This document shows positions 24,301 through 36,437 of a DNA stretch of 64,000 nt, in pieces. The stretch is from Entomortierella parvispora E1425. Lineage: Eukaryota; Fungi; Mortierellomycota. The first letter of the stretch is position 1. The number at the start of each line of letters is the position of its first letter. Location of the stretch: the NCBI GenBank assembly GCA_020891255.1, contig BQFW01000005.1, positions 744,001-808,000 of the forward strand. The letters run 5' to 3'. The notes beneath the pieces were generated by a model. That model was not told the DNA's origin and ran no database searches. It saw nothing but the letters and a program-made list of their open reading frames with translations. The translations under genes and the position numbers were made by a program.

Positions 24301-26254
24301 TAACGAAGGCGATGGCGATTTGGTCGAGGAAGAACAGATCCAGGAAGGAGCTGTCAGTGTTGGCACCTTCATGCACTATGTTAGGGCCATGTAAGTGAAC
24401 TTCCCACCTTTGCAAACAAATGGTTCTCTCTGTGTGTTGAGGAGACAAAAACACTAACATATTACGATCATGGCATCGACGACTTCTAGGTCCTTCACTT
24501 ACTTTGGCATGCTGGTTGGATTTTACGTACTCTGGGAGATGTTCCAGCTCTCTGTCCCCATCTGGATGCAACACTGGACGAGTGTTGTAGACACAACCGA
24601 CAAGCCCGTTGTCTATTACCTGGCTATCTATGCTGGCTTGGTCTTGTCTTATATGATTTGCGACGTCTACTTGACCTACATCTGCTTTGTCCTGGCGTGT
24701 CCCCAGGCGTCTCTGGTGATGCATGAGCAGATTTTGGAGCGAGTCATTCGTCTGCCCATGTCCTTCTTTGACACGACCCCTCAAGGCCGTATCTTGAACC
24801 GCTTCTCGTCCGATATGTCCGAGATTGACGATCATGTGTCCAACTGCCTGACCGCTTCCCTTCAGTGTATCTTGAACATGGTTGGCTCTTTGGTTGTGGT
24901 CGCTGTAGCCACCCCTATGATCATGTTGGCGATCCCACCCATGGCCCTGATCTACTGGATCGTCCAAGAGTACTACATCCGAACCTCGACTGTTCTCAAG
25001 CGTCTCGAATCCAAGACAAAGTCCCCTATTTACCAGCACTTTACGGAGTCGCTCCATGGTTGTTCCTCCATCCGTGCCATGAATCTCCAGGATCGATTTG
25101 TGACCGAGAACGCGCAAAAGTTGGATCAGTACTCCATGATGTTCTATTGCACCTATATGACGAACCGCTGGCTCAACTTGCGTTTGCAATCCCTTTGCGC
25201 CGTGATCGTCTTTTTCTCGGCTTTGCTGGCAGTGCTGAACAGGGACTCGATCAACCCCAGCATGGCTGGTCTTGCTCTCAGTTTCACGCTGACCTTGGCC
25301 GACCATGTCGTTTGGAGTTTGCGATTGTACTGCCGTCTCGTGGGAAGCTTGGTCTCGGTCGAGCGTGTTCACGAATATACGATCAAGAACACCGAGGCGC
25401 CATTGACCACCGGTGTGCATCTGCCCGAGTCCTGGCCTCAGCATGGCCAGATCACTTTCCAAAACTACTCTGCTCGGTACCGAGAGGGTCTCGATTTGGT
25501 TTTGAAGGATGTCTCGTTTGATGTCCAGCCAGGTGCCAAGGTCGGTGTGGTGGGTCGAACCGGTGCTGGAAAGTCCTCCTTGACCCTGGCTCTCTTCCGT
25601 ATCATTGAAGCAGCGGACAGCTACTGGGCCAAGAGCAGTGATAACAGCTCTAACGCGTCCCCGATCAGCGAAGCGCTTGTCAGTGGAAATGGAGGGTCGA
25701 TCTTGATTGACGGAATCGACATCTCGACTTTGGGTCTTGCAGATCTGCGCAAGCATCTGTCCATCATTCCTCAGGATCCCACACTGTTTGCCGGGTCGGT
25801 CCGTCAGAACCTGGATCCCTTTGGAGAGCATGATGATCAGGAGCTTTGGACGGCCTTGGAACGTGCCCATCTTAAGGATCATATCCGGACCCTGGAGGGT
25901 GGTTTGTCCTTTGAGGTCTCTCAAGGTGGCGAGAACTTTTCAGTCGGTCAGCGATCGCTGATTTGTTTGGCCAGAGCATTGTTGAGAAAGACCAAGATCT
26001 TGATCTTGGACGAGGCAACAGCGGCTGTGGATGTCGAGACGGACGAGTTGATCCAGACAACGATCCGCAAGGAGTTCAAGGACCGCACCATCTTGACGAT
26101 TGCTCATCGTATCAAGACCGTGATGGATTCGGACATGATTCTGGTCATGGAAAAGGGTCAAGTCTCGGAGTACGATCCCCCACAGACTTTGCTGAAGAGG
26201 AAAGAAACGTCCTTGTTCTACCAATTGGCAGAACAGGCCGGCGAGATTCATTAA
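21307..26254 (+). CDS. ABCC/MRP (Ycf1-like) full-size ABC transporter with TMD0
   Basis: Spliced N-terminus WCGPQGW-GPTADDQIPFTPCFQNTVL. NBD1 GRVGQGKSS/LSGGQ/YLLDD; NBD2 GRTGAGKSS/FSVGQ/ILDE. Introns near 21376, 21761 and 24391. Confidence 0.93.
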
Positions 26255-27681
26255 GTCCAGATAGTCATCATATTAGAATCATTTTATATTTGTAAATATA
26301 CCCTCGCATCGTTGTTTGTTCGATATTCACGTCCAATTCCACCGAGGTACGGTACTGGACTCGAGAACAACTCGAGTCATGTGTGCTTGAACTTGTGGGA
26401 TAGGCCAATCCGAGACGAAGAAAACCCGAATGCTCTCTGATATACTCGGGACCAAATGAAAAACGCGCCTGGGAAAAGCGGAGCGCTGTCACTGGCTAAC
26501 GCACTATTGTCGACTAGGGACAAAAAAAAAGTGTTGTCCCGATGGGCACACCAGCCAAAATTGAAAAAAAAAAAAAAAAAAAAAACGCACAACGTTCTTC
26601 ATTTGTGGATGAAGGTGTCTCAAGATTAAACTCTTTTGTTCAAACCCTTCAGCAGCCGCACCGAAAAGACCTCGAACAAAGAAGAAGAAAAAAAAGGAAC
26701 AAGAAGGGTCCCTAACCTGACGGGGCTTGGACAGTTTGCATGATTGCTCAACGTTGTCTGGGGCATCATGGTCAAGGAAAGGGCGAAGGAGACCAGACAC
26801 AAAAAAACAAAAACGATTCTTTCAATAAACATTGGATTTTCGTACCACATCCTTGTATCCATCACCAGTCTCCATGTGAGCAGAGACAAAGGACACAGGT
26901 TTCCCTTTGGGAGGACAAGGTTTTTTTTGTTCAACCTTGTGGGAAAGAGGGTATTGTTGTGTTTCTCATGCCACGACACCAATTCCAAGACGGCAAGTCT
27001 GTTTTTTTGGACTTGTTTGGCCGATAGGAAGAGTGTGGTAAAGACAAAAAAGAGTGAAAAAGAAAGGAGAGGAGAAGGCAACAAACAAAACAACAGATGA
27101 TTTCGAGCAGAAGAGCAAGACTTTTTAAGGTAAAACAACAGGATTCACAAAGATGCAGTAAACTGGAACACATGCAGGGACAGAGGGGACTAGGCCAGCT
27201 CTGTAGCCCTTCTGTATCGAAGGAGAGAAAACGCTCGGTTTGCATTTAAGAAAGAAAGATCGGGGTCTTGCCTGCATGCATGATGGGGTATTTTTTCGTG
27301 TTTTGGGGATGTTTCTCAAAGCTGGTTGGTGCCTGGACTGAATGACAGTGGAACATGAAAGAACATGCATTGCACTGGCGGGCAAGCTGTCTTCTCTGTC
27401 TCTTTCTCTTTTCCACTTGAACAAAGAGGAGCACAAACAACAAATAAAAGAAGAGTTTGACCTTCTGGAAAAACTCCCTCCCTTCTTTCTCATTACGCCC
27501 ACCTCTTTGGTTGCACCTGTTTGAGTTTTCCTTTCGTCTTTCTTTTTTTTTCTTGCTCATTTGTTCGATTCATGATGATGATTTTGCCTTTGCTTTTTCC
27601 CTTGAGCATCTCTGAACCCTACCCTTGTTCATTAACGTAAGCGGTGGTGCTCGCGCGTGGAAAAAAAAAAGAGAGGACGCG

Positions 27682-27688
27682 TATAAAA
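27682..27688 (+). promoter_or_regulatory. Candidate TATA box of the His-rich gene
   Basis: TATAAAA about 135 nt upstream of the ATG at 27818, followed by a pyrimidine-rich leader. Confidence 0.45.
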
Positions 27689-27817
27689 GCTGGAGGGTAC
27701 ATCTTCAGTTCACGCTCTTTTTTTTCCCCCTTCTTTTCTTCTTTTCCTAGTTTTCCCACACCGTTTCCTTTCCATTCACCTCTATACCCCACCTCTTCAC
27801 TCCAAAAAAAACCAAAA

Positions 27818-28258
27818 ATGACCAACCCTACCGAAATTGTCGAGACCGAGTCCGTCCAGGTCACCGAGGTCGTCGAGGACCACCACAAGGCTTCCCTCAA
27901 GGAGCGTATCGTTGACAAGCTCACTGGCCACGACTCCCATGAGCACAAGAAGGAGGGCGAGGAGCATCACAGTAGCAATGACTTTGCTGAGAAGGCTTTC
28001 TTGACCGCAGAGAACCCCGTCTTCCCCCAGCAGGTCATGGGTGGTCTCGGCCACGGTTTCGTCCACCAGGGTCATAGCGCCGGTGGCTACGTCGTCGGTA
28101 TCCCCCACGAGAACCCCCACAAGCACACTGAGGACGAGCACCACCACCACCACCACCACCACGAGGACAAGGAGGACAAGTTCCAAAAGTACGGCGACAA
28201 GGTCGCAGGCACTGATTACCACGCTGCCAACACCCCCATTCACCACCCCGTCAAGTAG
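27818..28258 (+). CDS. Small His-rich hydrophilic protein (dehydrin/hydrophilin-like), 146 aa, intronless
   Basis: Strong C-ending codon bias and AAAAATG start context. 24 His including a His8 run; no Cys or Trp; K-segment-like HKASLKERIVDKLTGH. Confidence 0.75.
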   Translation: MTNPTEIVETESVQVTEVVEDHHKASLKERIVDKLTGHDSHEHKKEGEEHHSSNDFAEKAFLTAENPVFPQQVMGGLGHGFVHQGHSAGGYVVGIPHENPHKHTEDEHHHHHHHHEDKEDKFQKYGDKVAGTDYHAANTPIHHPVK

Positions 28259-28876
28259 ATTCTCTTTCCTCTCTCTTTCCTCTCCACCTGTTTCAACTGA
28301 TATCCCGTTTCTTTTTCTTTTGCTTCCTTGATCAAAAGAAGTTGTAGCATGAAAAATAAAAAGAACAAAAAAGAACAAAGAACAAAGAATCTATATGAAT
28401 CCCCACATGATCAAGGAAAGTAAAACCTTCCCATGACTTGTGCACCACAGGCACATATCGCCACAGGAACAAAGAAAAAGAAAGCAGAAACAAATGACGG
28501 AGCGAACGGCCTAAAGAGCAGAATGAGCACAAGCTTTGCTCTTTCCACGTCCATTCGTCCAAACGTTATTTAGCTGTCCAACGGGAAAATCAAGTCCTGC
28601 TGGACAAAGGGACGACACGCCGCACTTCAATTCCTTTGAATTTTGTCATTTGTGCTAGTTCTGTGGTCATATTTCTTTTTGCTTTATTCTTTTCAATGTC
28701 TTTACCATCAGAAAGGAACATATGGTAGCTCTGTATTTGGATGGATGAAGGGCATGCCAAAGAGAAATATGAGAAGTATGAGAGAAAAAAAAAAAAGAAA
28801 AAAAAAAAGATGCGAAGAAAGGGAGAAAGGGAAAGGAGAAAGGTAGAGTGAAGGGAGGAAAACTCGGGAGTAATAA

Positions 28877-31800
28877 CTAGGCGTAAATCTTGCGACGATT
28901 ACGCTTGATCACAGCATTCAATTGGTTCTCGAGCATCTGTGTCTCCTTTTTGGCATTGAAGACTTGCTGCTCAAGGTCCTCGACACTTCGAGCCGTCACT
29001 GAGGAGGAACCATTATTCGCTCCAGAGCCTCCCGTGGACAAGGAAGGACTAAATTGACCCGAACTTCCTGAAGCACCAGACGCGCTACCACCTAGGCTGT
29101 TTCCTGCGCTGTTGATCGAGTGACTGATGCTTCCATTCATATCGGTTTGTCCTTCCCTGTTTGAAACATTGCTATGGCCCTGAGAAGGTGATTGAGACCA
29201 ATGCTGCATGTGTCCACCATTGACTCCACCATGTTGCCCAGACGCGTAGCTATTATCAAGACCTAGAGAGGCCCAGTTGGGGGATCCCATCGCCGAGGAC
29301 CCCGCTGATCCTCCAGGGCCAAAAAAGTCCAAAGCGCTCATCATACTGGCTACATCCATGGGTTTACTGCTGTTCAAACCAGCTCCGTACGATGACAGCC
29401 CATTCGACATCATATAGGGACTGCCGCTGTTGCTGTTAGCGTTGTCACCGCCTTGACTTCCAGTGGAGTTGCTCGGGTTGTTCGCATTTGACGACATAGA
29501 CGAGGATGGCAGACCAAGGCCTGGGGGAGGGCCGGACACAACACCAGTTTTGGAACCGGCAAAACCGTTGGCCATGCCGTTGAGTTGGCCAGAGGTTGCC
29601 TCAGATGCGTCCTTACTACCGTTGCTGCTTGACGAAAATCGATCAGATCGAATGCCCGGAGAGTTGAGACCCATCAAGAGGTCAGACTTGACCTTGGCAG
29701 ATCGGGCAGCAGCTAAGGTCATGGCGTTCATCATAGGTGACTCTCCTGCGCCAAATGCTTGAATAGGCTGCTGAGAGGGCATCTGCTGCTGCTGTTGTTG
29801 ATGTTGCTGCTGAGTTTGATGAAGCTGAAGGCGTGGTTCCACGAGAGGTGATCCAGGAGTAGACGAGGGCCGAGACCTTGAGCCTCCACTAAGAGGGGCA
29901 TTCATACCAGAGTTCAGTACACCCTTGACAGATTTGATCTCCTTTCGCTTGGACCCGAGAGGAAAGTTCTGAAGGGAAGAGGGAGAGTCGGGGGTCGACT
30001 GTCTTTGCAACTGCTGAGCTTGCTGTCTTTGCTGAAGAGACTCGTTGCTACCCATTCTGTCGCTATCGCTCTGGCGGTTTGGACCATCGGACGTAGATTC
30101 GTGCTGACCATACGTCTCCCCAGTTGTCTTGTAGCCATTCATTCCGTTGACAGGTGACGGATTCTGAAGGGCCTCCACAAGAGACGATCGCGTCAGTCCT
30201 GCAGAAGACATGCGAGCTGTCATAATCGCAGGATCCTGGAATGAGGTATTAGATCCTTGGCTTCCCTGGGAGAGAGTTGCAGGTTGGCTCTGAGGAGAAG
30301 CAGCAGCAGCCTTCAAGAATGAGCTAAAGAAGTCTTGATGATTGTTTTCTTGATTGGCTCCGGGAGTGGAGTCGTTCAGATAGTTTGAGTTATCCAATCC
30401 CCAACCACCAACTCTGGACATTGACTGTTGTCTATGCCGTTGCTGCTGCTGCTGTTGATGCTGTGATCCCGACCACTGACCACCATCAGTGCGAACAACC
30501 GATTCCAAACCAGGAGGGGGTGACTTCACCATGGCTGGGTTGATGGTTCCACGAGCAATTCCTGGAGGACCACCACGCTGGGAATGCTGTTGTTGCATAT
30601 GAAGCTGTTGGTGATATTCGGCCATTCGAGAGCTTGGGGTTGTCAAAATAGGGTCCATGTTCAACTGACTCATGCTGCGCTGGAACATGTGTGCATCTTG
30701 CTTTTCAGCAGACCCCCACATACCAGAGTTGGACATCTCTTCGCGTTGACGCAATGATGGTGAAGACTGGAATTGTTGCTGTTGCTGTCCAAATTGTTGC
30801 TGTTGAAGCTGTTGTTGCTGCTGGAGGTTCAGAGCCGCATCGCCAGCACCGAAGCTGACATTCACATTGGGGAAGAGTGCTCTGAAGCCATCCTGCATAG
30901 ATTGCGAGTCCGCGTAGCCATCAAGACCAAATGCCTCGCTTTGCTGACCTTCCATAGCAAATCCAAAACGGGAGGTTTGCCTAGGCTTGCCAGGGATGGG
31001 GGGACCGACTGGACGATTACGGCCAGTCGTTGGGTCATAATCAACGTCGTCCAGGAAGGATCGGGCAGGCTGAGCCATGGATCGACGCATGAGAGGTTCG
31101 TCATCCATGGAGAAGGGGTTGAAAGATCCAGTGTAGTGTCCAGGGGTGAGCGGCATGTTGGCAAATGCAGAGAAGCTGTCCAGACCAAATGCACCACCAG
31201 ATTCTGAACCCAGAGGAAGTAGGCCTCCTGTACCTCCGAACGACAATGGAAGAGTTGAGAGAGTAGCATCGGGGTTGAATGAGAAGGACCCTAAAGACAA
31301 GGGAGGCGCACTGACATACAGATCCGCCTGACTCTGTGCTAGCCTTCGTTCTTGCTCTTCCAACTCCTTCCGCTCTTGCTCCAGTCTCTCCTTCTCTTCT
31401 TTCTCCTTCCTCTCCTTAGCGTCTCGTTCGTCTTGAAGTTTCTTTTGATCCTTCTCCTTCTGGGACTGGAGTTTTTGTTCCATTTCCTGTTGCTGCTTCA
31501 ATCGCTCCTGCTCAAGGCGCTCCTGCTCCTGCTCTTGCATTCTCTGCTTTCGCAGTTTCCGATTCAAAACTTCTGTTTGCTGTTCTAGAGAATCATCAGG
31601 CTGATCTTGTTGCTGCTTTCGCTGTTGTTCTTGGAGTTGGCGCTGTTCCTGAAACATCCGTTCCTTTGCAGCTGCCTCGATTGCAAGAGCTTCTGCAGGG
31701 GTGGGTGCGTCTATAGAGGGGAGAAGATTAGAGTGGGTTCAATGAGTTCACGTCATGTGCGAAAGAAAGCGGCACCGCCCTTATACATACAGTCTAGTTC

Positions 31801-33357
31801 AGGCGTATCCTTGGCTACGGGTTCTTTCTTCTTGCCATTGTTAACAACAACGCCTGTGATAATAGACGTTGTTGATCCCTTCGATCTCAGTGGTGGAGGC
31901 TCAGTTGTTCTACGCGCAAGTGTCGAGCTCATTAAAGTTGGAGTTGAGGGATTGCTTCCAATCTTAGCCCATGACGCAGTTGCTGGAAGTGCTGATCCTT
32001 CATCATCCTTGTCGTCGTTATTGCTAGGCCTTTCACCGGGGGCTGGCCAATCCGAAAGAGAAGATGACGCCGAATGATAGGAGGCTACCGTTGCGGGTTT
32101 TGGTCGCGGTGTAAGAGTAGAGCTTGAGGACTGGGAGGTCAATGAAGGGCGGCCCAGCACAGCAGGTTTTTGAGAGTACGGGTCATAGGGTCCCATGTGA
32201 TCTTGCAGATGGTGTTTGCTATTGACCATCAGTGTAGAGCATACAAAACAGTCAGAAAAGCTCATTTCTCATTGTGTATCTTTAAAGCATCAGGCATCCT
32301 GGTGGTGCCACATACCCAGTTGCAAGGTCCTCTTTCGTATAGCTGTCTGCGTCCTCTCCTGGTTCGTGGAGATACATGCATCCTGGATTCTGACATGCCA
32401 TGCCACGGAGGTAATACGTGCAGTACTTTGTAGTTCCGTACGACGCTCTACGAGTGAAGAAAAAACAATGATCACGTTGAGTCTAGAAGCTCTTCTGGGA
32501 ATAGACAGGCGGACAAAATGGCTACACAAAGCTCACCTGAGAATTTTTCCGTCCCAGATACTGCCATCGATTGCCGCAATAGCCTTGGCGGCGTCCTCTT
32601 TTCGAACGTAGGTAATATACACCCCCACGCTTGGCTGACCCGGCGATCCTGGCACTGGCATTGGGGCATTCCTACGATTGATTACAACTTTGGAAATTTT
32701 GCCATACTGTCCAAAGTACTCATGCTGGCGTAAGGTGTGCTGTGGATCCAATGAGATAAAAGGGGGTCCAAGTTAATATGGTGGTCAGCTGGTTTCTGAA
32801 CTTGGTCATTGCAATTGGTCGTACCTCGTCATTCGCTAGCTTTGTAGGGAGACCAATGACATAGACTAGACTTTTTTGTACAACCCGCATGTTGGAGAGA
32901 TGCTTCCGGTTCATGGCCTCCATCTCCTTCTTTTCGCGCTCCTTGGCTTTCTTTTCATTCTTGATCATGGCCAATCTAATCAGGGCACAGGAGGAGCATT
33001 TAGTAATCAAGGCGGACCTTGGGTGCTGCGCCGAAAAAAGCTAAAAAATGGTGGCGGCGATTCACTTACTCGTCTGCGGAAATGGGTGTGAACTCTACAG
33101 TCTCTTCGGAGTAGACCCGTCTGCAAGCAGGACAACGGCCGTTGAGATTTTCTTTGATGTGATGCCAGCAGAACCGACAAATCTAAGAAACAGCAAAACG
33201 TAATTTGTCAGAGACCACTGCTAGATGCAGACCTCTTGCATCAAAACAAAAGCAACTTTACCTGATAACCACATGGGCATGGACGAAAGTTTCTATCCGA
33301 GATGTCCAGCTCTTCCATGCAGAGAGGGCAGTCGAAATCTTCTTCATCAGACATCAT
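28877..33357 (-). CDS. NOT4: CCR4-NOT E3 ubiquitin ligase subunit Not4 (RING-RRM-CCCH plus long Q/S/G-rich tail)
   Basis: CPLCMEELDISDRNFRPCPCGYQ RING start; NMRVVQKSLVYVIGL and EYFGQYGKISKVVINRR (RRM); GTTKYCTYYLRGMACQNPGCMYLHE (CCCH); large terminal exon ending LENQLNAVIKRNRRKIYA. Confidence 0.93.
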
Positions 33358-34093
33358 GATAATAATGCGGTGGGGTGTGGTAGATGAATTAAGGTGGGGC
33401 TGTTTAAAAATGAAGGGGATACTTTTTAAAAAAGTACAAAAGGTCCAATGGGTAGATGGATGAAAAAGGTTGGACGAAAAAGTGGTAATTTTTTTTTAAA
33501 AAAAAGGATCAAAAGTAGGGATTTCGCAGAGCGAGAGATTGAGTCGAAGAGTAGCTCTGAATGATGAAGAGTGCAAGAAATGAAGACGAGATGGGAGATG
33601 GCAGACGATCTGGCAGATGGTGTACAAGGACGAAGCAAATATGTGCCTTGAGAAGATTAGAATAAGCCTGAAACAGATTAGGGCAAGGATGGTTGCTAAG
33701 TGAGTGAAGGATGAATGGCAACCGGATGGAAATAATTGGATGAATGCCAGAAAAGAATGCGTTCGAAGAGTAGGGAAGCGATGCGAATTGAAAGCGATCG
33801 TGTGTGCAGCAAAGGCGAAGGAAAAAGAACAGAAAAAAAGGGCTGTGTGGCAGGAACGCAGCAATGCAGCAGTGGACAAAAACACAAAACCATGAGCCCC
33901 TTAATGATGACGTTTCACTATTTCCTCCCAATGAGACAGGAAATAAAGGTGTCTTTCCAAGTACTTCATCAACACAGATCACAGTCACGCTGTTTTTCTT
34001 TTTTTTTTTTTTTTTCCTATTCGCTTTGCGAGAGTGTGCATCTGGTTGTCCCCACTCTTGTTTATACCATTCACTCCCATCGCCACATTCACA

Positions 34094-35982
34094 ATGGTAA
34101 ATACCTGCATTCATCTCGCACGGTTCAAGCGTCCATTGACTTATTGTCTTGCTCTAAAAACATTGCTTCTCTCCTGCGTTTACGTGATTATCAATTGGCG
34201 CTCCACTCTAACAAACGTACTCTGCTCTCCACCGTTGATCCGTCTGCCTATCTTCATCCTTTGCAGGTCAACTACTTCTTGTACGAGAGTTCTTCAGGAT
34301 ATGCTCTCTTTGAGCGTTTGGAATCAGAGGAGATCGGTTCCAAGCTCGCCGATGTCTGCGAAGCTGCCATCGATCTTACAAAGTTCGGAAAGATGGTCAA
34401 GCTCAAGTCCTTTGCCCCCTTCAAGAGCGCTGCCCACGCTCTCGAGAACATGAACGATGTCTCTGAGGGTAACGTCAATGATCAATACTTTCTCTGGATG
34501 CACCTGTTGCTGTTCTTTGTTCAAATTCTAACAATTCACCCCCCACTTTACTTTCAATTGCAAACTCATCGATTGTCGATCGCGTTATACGATATGGAAT
34601 TTCATTGGACTTTATCTGCCGCTTACCTTTGGATCAAAACAAACAGGCATCATGAACGACCACTTGAAGGCTTTCTTGGAGATGAACCTCCCTAAGCCCG
34701 GCAAAAAGTCCAAGGTTGTCTTGGGTGTCACTGAGAAGTCCCTTGCTGGATCCATCAAGGATGGTCTCGGATACGACGTTGATGCCAGCGAGATTGTTTT
34801 GGATCTTGTTCGTGGAGTTCGCTTGTTTGGCGACAAGTTGTTGAAGCAGCTCAAGGAGGGTGATCTCGAGCGTGCTCAACTCGGTTTGGGTCACAGTTAC
34901 TCTCGTGGTAAAGTCAAGTTCAACGTCCACCGTTCCGACAACATGATCATGCAGGCCATTGCTCTCTTGGATCAGATGGACAAGGATGTCAACACCTTTG
35001 CCATGCGCATCAGGTATAGTTTTTTTTGACACATCTACATTGAATTGCTGGTGTACGATCAGTTCTCTGATAACTAACGTTCATCCTGTACTCAAACAGA
35101 GAGTGGTACTCGTGGCACTTCCCCGAGCTCGTCAAGATTGTCAACGATAACTACAAGTTTGCCAAGCTTGCCCAGCTCATCAAGAACAAGAGCGACTTGT
35201 CCGAGAGCAAGTTGGAAGCTTTGGAGGAGATCACTGGCGATGCCACTCAGGCTCAGCAGATCATCGACGCTGCCCGCGCTTCTATGGGTACCGACATCTC
35301 TGAGATTGATATGATCAACATTGAGAACTTTGCCAAGCGTGTCATTGACCTCTCCGATTACAGAAAGAAGTTGCACGAGTACTTGATCTCCAAGATGAAC
35401 AACGTTGCGCCCAACTTGTCCGCCTTGATCGGTGAGATGGTTGGTGCTCGTTTGATCTCCCACGCCGGTTCCTTGACCAACCTCTCCAAATATCCCGCCT
35501 CCACTGTTCAGATTCTTGGTGCCGAAAAGGCCCTTTTCCGTGCCTTGAAGACCAAGGGTAATACCCCCAAGTATGGTTTGATCTACCACTCTTCCTTCAT
35601 TGGCCGTGCTGGAGCCAAGAACAAGGGTCGCATCTCCCGTTTCGTCGCCAACAAGTGCTCAATTGCTTCCCGTATCGATTGCTTCAGCGAATTGCCCACA
35701 ACCAAGTTTGGTGAGGCTATGAAGCAGCAGGTTGAGGAGCGTCTCGAGTTCTACGAGAGTGGTGCCACCCCTACCAAGAACGCAGATACCATGAAGAAGG
35801 TCATCGATGGATTGAAGGATGCCGCTGGTGAGGATGAGGACTCATCAGCCAAGAGCAGCAAGAAGAGAAAGGTCGAGGAGGAAACCCCTGCCAAGAAGAG
35901 CAAGAAGGAGAAGACCGAGAAGGAGGACAAGAAGGAGAAGAAGGAAAAGAAGGAGAAGAAGGAGAAGAAGTCCAAGAAGTAG
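34094..35982 (+). CDS. NOP56: Box C/D snoRNP protein Nop56
   Basis: ATG-only first exon, then [66 protein letters not shown] and [20 protein letters not shown], with a KKE-repeat tail. Confidence 0.95.
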
Positions 35983-36437
35983 AAAGCTTTCTTTGATTCT
36001 TTTTTCATTCTTTTTCTTTCATCATAATTGTAGCAGTAGCTTTTTTTTATTCTTTCCCGTGTACACATTCATAAAGCATTTCATTTTTTAGTACTTTCTA
36101 CGTTGTTACACGTTTGCCAAAGACCGATTCGGGAAACCAACCAGGGACTTTGCTGGCCCAAGGTTTACCTTATTTCGCAGAGTCCTCATGCTGATGAATC
36201 ACGTGTCGTTTGCCACCATTTTTTGATCTTTGGCACATTGTGCCACCAAATCGTTTCTCCAACAGTCCTTTGAATGCATTCACTCAAAGTGCATTCGCCA
36301 CTCTATCCTCCTACCCTTCGCATACCTACGCACGCCAACTTCCGCTTTTTTGAATTCCCTTTGACAGCATTCTGCGTGGCATTGGACATTCAACGCCACT
36401 AATTTAGACACGGTCCTTGAATTGTTGTTGCTCACAC

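Noticed and set aside
21896-25924. Long antisense ORFs (514 aa and 568 aa) opposite the ABC transporter, and similar ones opposite chitin synthase, NOP56, OGT and the His-rich gene
   Set aside because: Shadow frames expected when the sense gene avoids TTA/CTA/TCA codons; the translations have no recognisable motifs.
3378-26254. Possible secondary-metabolite gene cluster (thioesterase, monooxygenases, ABC exporter)
   Set aside because: No NRPS, PKS, terpene synthase or RiPP precursor is visible, and housekeeping genes are interleaved.
34097-34650. Intronic snoRNAs in NOP56 introns and in the 355-nt first chitin synthase intron
   Set aside because: No convincing RTGATGA/CTGA box pair with a terminal stem seen by eye; an Infernal scan is needed.
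36209-36255. TTTGCCACC (Rpn4/PACE-like) and palindrome TGGCACA-T-TGTGCCA upstream of TOP3
   Set aside because: The same 9-mer occurs twice inside a TOP3 intron (~40056, ~40094), so its presence alone is uninformative without cross-species conservation.
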